In this document: piece by piece, positions 60,997-64,000 of the stretch
How positions within the stretch are numbered: the first letter of the stretch is position 1
How the letters are laid out: each line of letters starts with the position of its first letter
Notes under the pieces: model-generated
What the model saw: the letters and a program-made list of their open reading frames with translations, nothing else
What the model was told of the DNA's origin: nothing
Databases searched by the model: none
Made by a program: the position numbers and the translations under genes
Source: an uncultured Gemmatimonadales bacterium
Lineage (GTDB): Bacteria; Gemmatimonadota; Gemmatimonadetes; Gemmatimonadales; GWC2-71-9
Assembly (NCBI GenBank): GCA_963779755.1
Contig: CAVZZO010000003.1
Location: forward strand, 160,001 to 224,000
Reading direction: 5' to 3'
Length of the DNA: 64,000 bases

Positions 60997-62965
60997 TCAC
61001 CGCTTCCCCCCCTCGCTCACCACCGGCAGTTCCACGAAGCTCGCCTGCCCCGGTTGGCGGTAGATCCGCTGTTCCGCTTTCTGATAGTCGTTGGGCTGCG
61101 CCCAGAAGATGTTGGGCACGAACGTCTGCGGGTTGCGGTCGTAGAGCGGAAACCAGCTCGACTGCACCTGCACCATGATCCGGTGGCCCGGAAGAAAGAC
61201 GTGGTTCACGGTCGGCAAGGGGAAGCGATACAGCAGCGGGGTGTTGGGGGTGATCGCTTTCGGGGTTTCGAAACTCTCGCGGTAGCGGCCCCGGAAGATG
61301 TCCATCGATACGGCAAGCTGGTAGCCGCCCATCGGCGGGTCGCCCCCCACCTCATCGGGATAGACGTCGATCAGCTTGACGACCCAGTCGGCATCGCTAC
61401 CCGAGGTCGCCGCGATCAGGTTGGCGATGGGGGCACCGCTGATCGTGACGGAGTCGGTGAGCACCTCGGACTGATACGACAGTACGTCGGTGCGGCCCGA
61501 CGCTTCCCGCTGATCGTCCACCAGCCAGTCGGGCCAGGTGAAGCCGTCGCCGTAACCGACCGGCTGAATCGGCCGCCGGCGAAACGGCACCGGTTTGGCC
61601 GGGTCGGAGATATAGGCATCGAACCCCGGAGCCGAGGACGCCGGGGCCATGAACCCCGCGCGGAACCCGGGCTCGAGGTAGAGCGGCGTCGGCTGCACCG
61701 TGCAGCCCTGGGCGCAGCCCGAAGGCCAGCGGGCAAGGCGTTCCCAGCGGTTGGTGCCGGTCTGGTACGCGGTGACCGGCGCAACGCTGTCGGCGGGCGC
61801 CCCATCCTTGAGGTAGTGCGCGAGGAAAGGCGCGAGAATCCTGGTCTGGAAATAGTATGACGTATTGCTGTTGAAGGTGAGCGCGCCGAGGGTGCTGCCG
61901 TTGTCGATCTCGCCGCCGTGGTGCCACGGCCCCAGGACCAGGAACACCTTGTCGTTCCCCGGGTCCTTCGGTTCGATCGCCCGGTACGCTGCCATGGCAC
62001 CGTAGATATCCTCGGCATCCCACAGGCTGCTCACCAGCATGACCGGAATGCGTGAGCGGCTCCGCGGCGAGAATCTTGTCCATGGCCTGGGCCCGCCACC
62101 ACGCGTCGTAGCTCGGATGCGCCAGGATCTTGTTCCAGAAACCGACCTGCTCCAGGCCGTGCGCCCGGCCCAGCGCCCCGGCCGATCCGCCGTCGAGATA
62201 GACGTCATAGTCGTCGAAGTGATCGGTCCACCATCTCGCCGAGTTGTCGCGGGTCGCCTCCTGCTCGAGGATGTAGGGCATATTCTGTTGGCGGAAGGCC
62301 CCATTGTGGAACCAGTCATCGCCCATCCAGCCGTCGACCATCGGGTTCATCGGGATGGCCACCTTGAGCGCCGGGTGCGGCTTCACCATCCCCATCAGCA
62401 CTTCGAATCCGTCGTAGGAGATGCCCAGCTCCCCGACCTTGCCGTTGGTTTCGGGAATATTCTTGACCAGCCAGTCGATGGTGTCCCAGGTATCGGTCGA
62501 TTCATCCACCCCGGTCGGATTGAGCGGCCCGCGTAACGGCCGGTTCATGGCGTACTCGCCCTCCGACCCGTACTTGCCCCTGATGTCCTGGACCACCCTG
62601 ATGTATCCGCCCGGGATGATCACGTCGAGCGCGTTATCGTAGCCGTTGAGGTTCGGCCCCAGGTGAGCGCTCTGCGCGTAGGTGGTAGTGGCGCTGGCAT
62701 CGTAGGGCGTCCGGGTCAGCAGGATCGGCGCACGCGACGCACCCCGGGGCACCAGGATCACCGTGTGCAGTCGGACCCCATCCCGCATGGGGACCATGAC
62801 ATCTCGGCGGGTATAGTCGAACGACGACGTTACCGGGATAAAGTGGGCCGGGGTTTCGCTGGGAAGGCTGTCGGACTGGGCGCGCAACCGCCCGGCGAAC
62901 AGACAGGATGCGGCAAGCACCGCGGCCGCGAGCATGATAGGACGCGGACGAACACAGGAGTGCAT
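60997..62965 (-). pseudogene. CocE/NonD family hydrolase (alpha-amino acid ester hydrolase type), frameshifted near 62051; may be an assembly error
   Basis: PMRDGVRL, RTPY, QDIRGK.GSEG, GISYDG, GDDWFHNGAFR in one frame; WDAEDIYG, GPWHHG, DQR...RTDVL, VQSSWFPL.DRNPQ in the next. Confidence 0.88.
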
Positions 62966-63294
62966 GGGGAAACTCGATGGAGGAGGGATGGGGTCATGAT
63001 AGCGTCCACCCGTGCCACGGACAATGCGGGAGCAGACAGGTGATCCACCCCGGTTGTCGGGTCGGACGGCCATCGGGGTCGCGTCGCCTGACACGCCCTG
63101 CGTGCTGATCCTGCGGATCGAAGGCGGCGATGCCTGTCAGACCACCGGCAGGCAGGCCTTGCCGGCGGCCCCGTCTTCTGAGCGGAGGGGTGCTTCCGCC
63201 CCCGGCTACGAGGCGTCCCTTCTCCGCTTATCTTCCGGCACTCCCGGCTGGCTCTCTTCCCTACCGGTGTGGTCATTCACACAGGAGGCCGTCC

Positions 63295-63549
63295 ATGAAC
63301 TGGCTCATCACCCTGATTCTCGGCGCGGTAATCGGCTGGCTGGCGAGCATCGTCATGAAGACGAACGCCCAGATGGGCTGCCTCGCCAATATCGTGGTCG
63401 GCGTGGTGGGCTCGGTGCTGGGCTTCTGGCTCGCCGGTCTGCTAGGACTGGCCCCGACGGGAAGCATCCTGCGCTTTGTGATAGCGGTGGCCGGCGCGGC
63501 GCTGCTGATTTCCATCCTGCGCGCGCTGGGCTTCTTCCGCAGGGCCTGA
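63295..63549 (+). CDS. GlsB/YeaQ/YmgE family stress membrane protein
   Basis: GAVIGWLA, NIVVGVVGS..G, VAGAALL; AGGAGG site. Confidence 0.9.
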   Translation: MNWLITLILGAVIGWLASIVMKTNAQMGCLANIVVGVVGSVLGFWLAGLLGLAPTGSILRFVIAVAGAALLISILRALGFFRRA

Positions 63550-63636
63550 TCCCCCCCGAGCGGCGCCGGCCCAGATCGGCGCCGGCGTCCGGGGTCGGAC
63601 GGACGACGGATTTCCAGGTTTCGGAGCAGGCTCACT

Positions 63637-64000
63637 TCACACGATCGTTCCGAAGAGGGCCCCCAGTCCTGCCGTCGCCGCCATGGCGAGGGCTCCCCAG
63701 AAGGTCACCCGGACGGCGCCGACGCTGATCCTGGCTCCTCCCGTCCGGGCAGCCAGACCGCCCAGAATCGCCAGGCACAGGAGGGAGCCTGCCGACACCA
63801 CCGGCAGCAGGAAGGCGGCCGGACTCAACCATGCCAGCAGGAGGGGCAAGGCGGCCCCGACGGCAAAGGTGGCGGCCGACGCGAGCGCGGCCTGCAGCGG
63901 GCGGGCGGTATGAACGTCGGTGAGCCCCAGTTCGTCGCGGGCGTGGGCCGCCAGCGCATCGCGGGCCATCAGCTGGCCGGCTACCTGATGGGCCAGCGCG
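63637..64000 (-). CDS. VIT1/CCC1 family transporter; 5' end lies beyond the window
   Basis: DALAAHARDELG, PLQAALASAATF.VGA.LP, RVTFWGALAM. Confidence 0.9.
   Translation of the reverse strand, partial: ALAHQVAGQLMARDALAAHARDELGLTDVHTARPLQAALASAATFAVGAALPLLLAWLSPAAFLLPVVSAGSLLCLAILGGLAARTGGARISVGAVRVTFWGALAMAATAGLGALFGTIV

Overview
High-GC (roughly 70% by eye) bacterial chromosome segment. Gene order and content suggest Gemmatimonadota, which is an inference. It is almost all core or housekeeping genes and mostly on the minus strand. From left to right: mqnE (partial); a non-homologous end-joining (NHEJ) locus (MerR-HTH/TPR gene, ku, divergent ligD broken by one frameshift in a C7 run) next to tRNA-Ser(CGA); aldo-keto reductase, doxX, yceI, marR; tadA-clpB; recO-selB-prolyl oligopeptidase; a cobalamin-riboswitch-controlled B12 uptake operon; a ~20 kb co-directional run (fmdB-argS-pfkB-purM-OMP-ribD/E/BA/H-nusB-GT4-hpf-hprK-mannose-type PTS-HPr-EI-metK-ahcY-DUF151); miaB-comFB-comEC-fbp-methylmalonyl-CoA mutase; a TsdA-type cytochrome; alr-DUF1844-deoB-cdd-lipoprotein-OMP; mazG; asnS; a BamB-like propeller; a frameshifted CocE/NonD hydrolase; ymgE-like and VIT (partial) genes. 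I found no integrase, transposase, phage gene or CRISPR array. Two unexplained signals stand out. (1) Eleven intergenic arrays of 7- or 9-nt tandem repeats, most arranged as inverted pairs, from several unrelated unit families; some absorb stop codons and some abut the -10 boxes of apparently leaderless genes. (2) An uncharacterised MerR-HTH/TPR gene directly behind ku, with a dyad inside the predicted ku promoter spacer. All calls come from reading motifs by eye; no searches were run.
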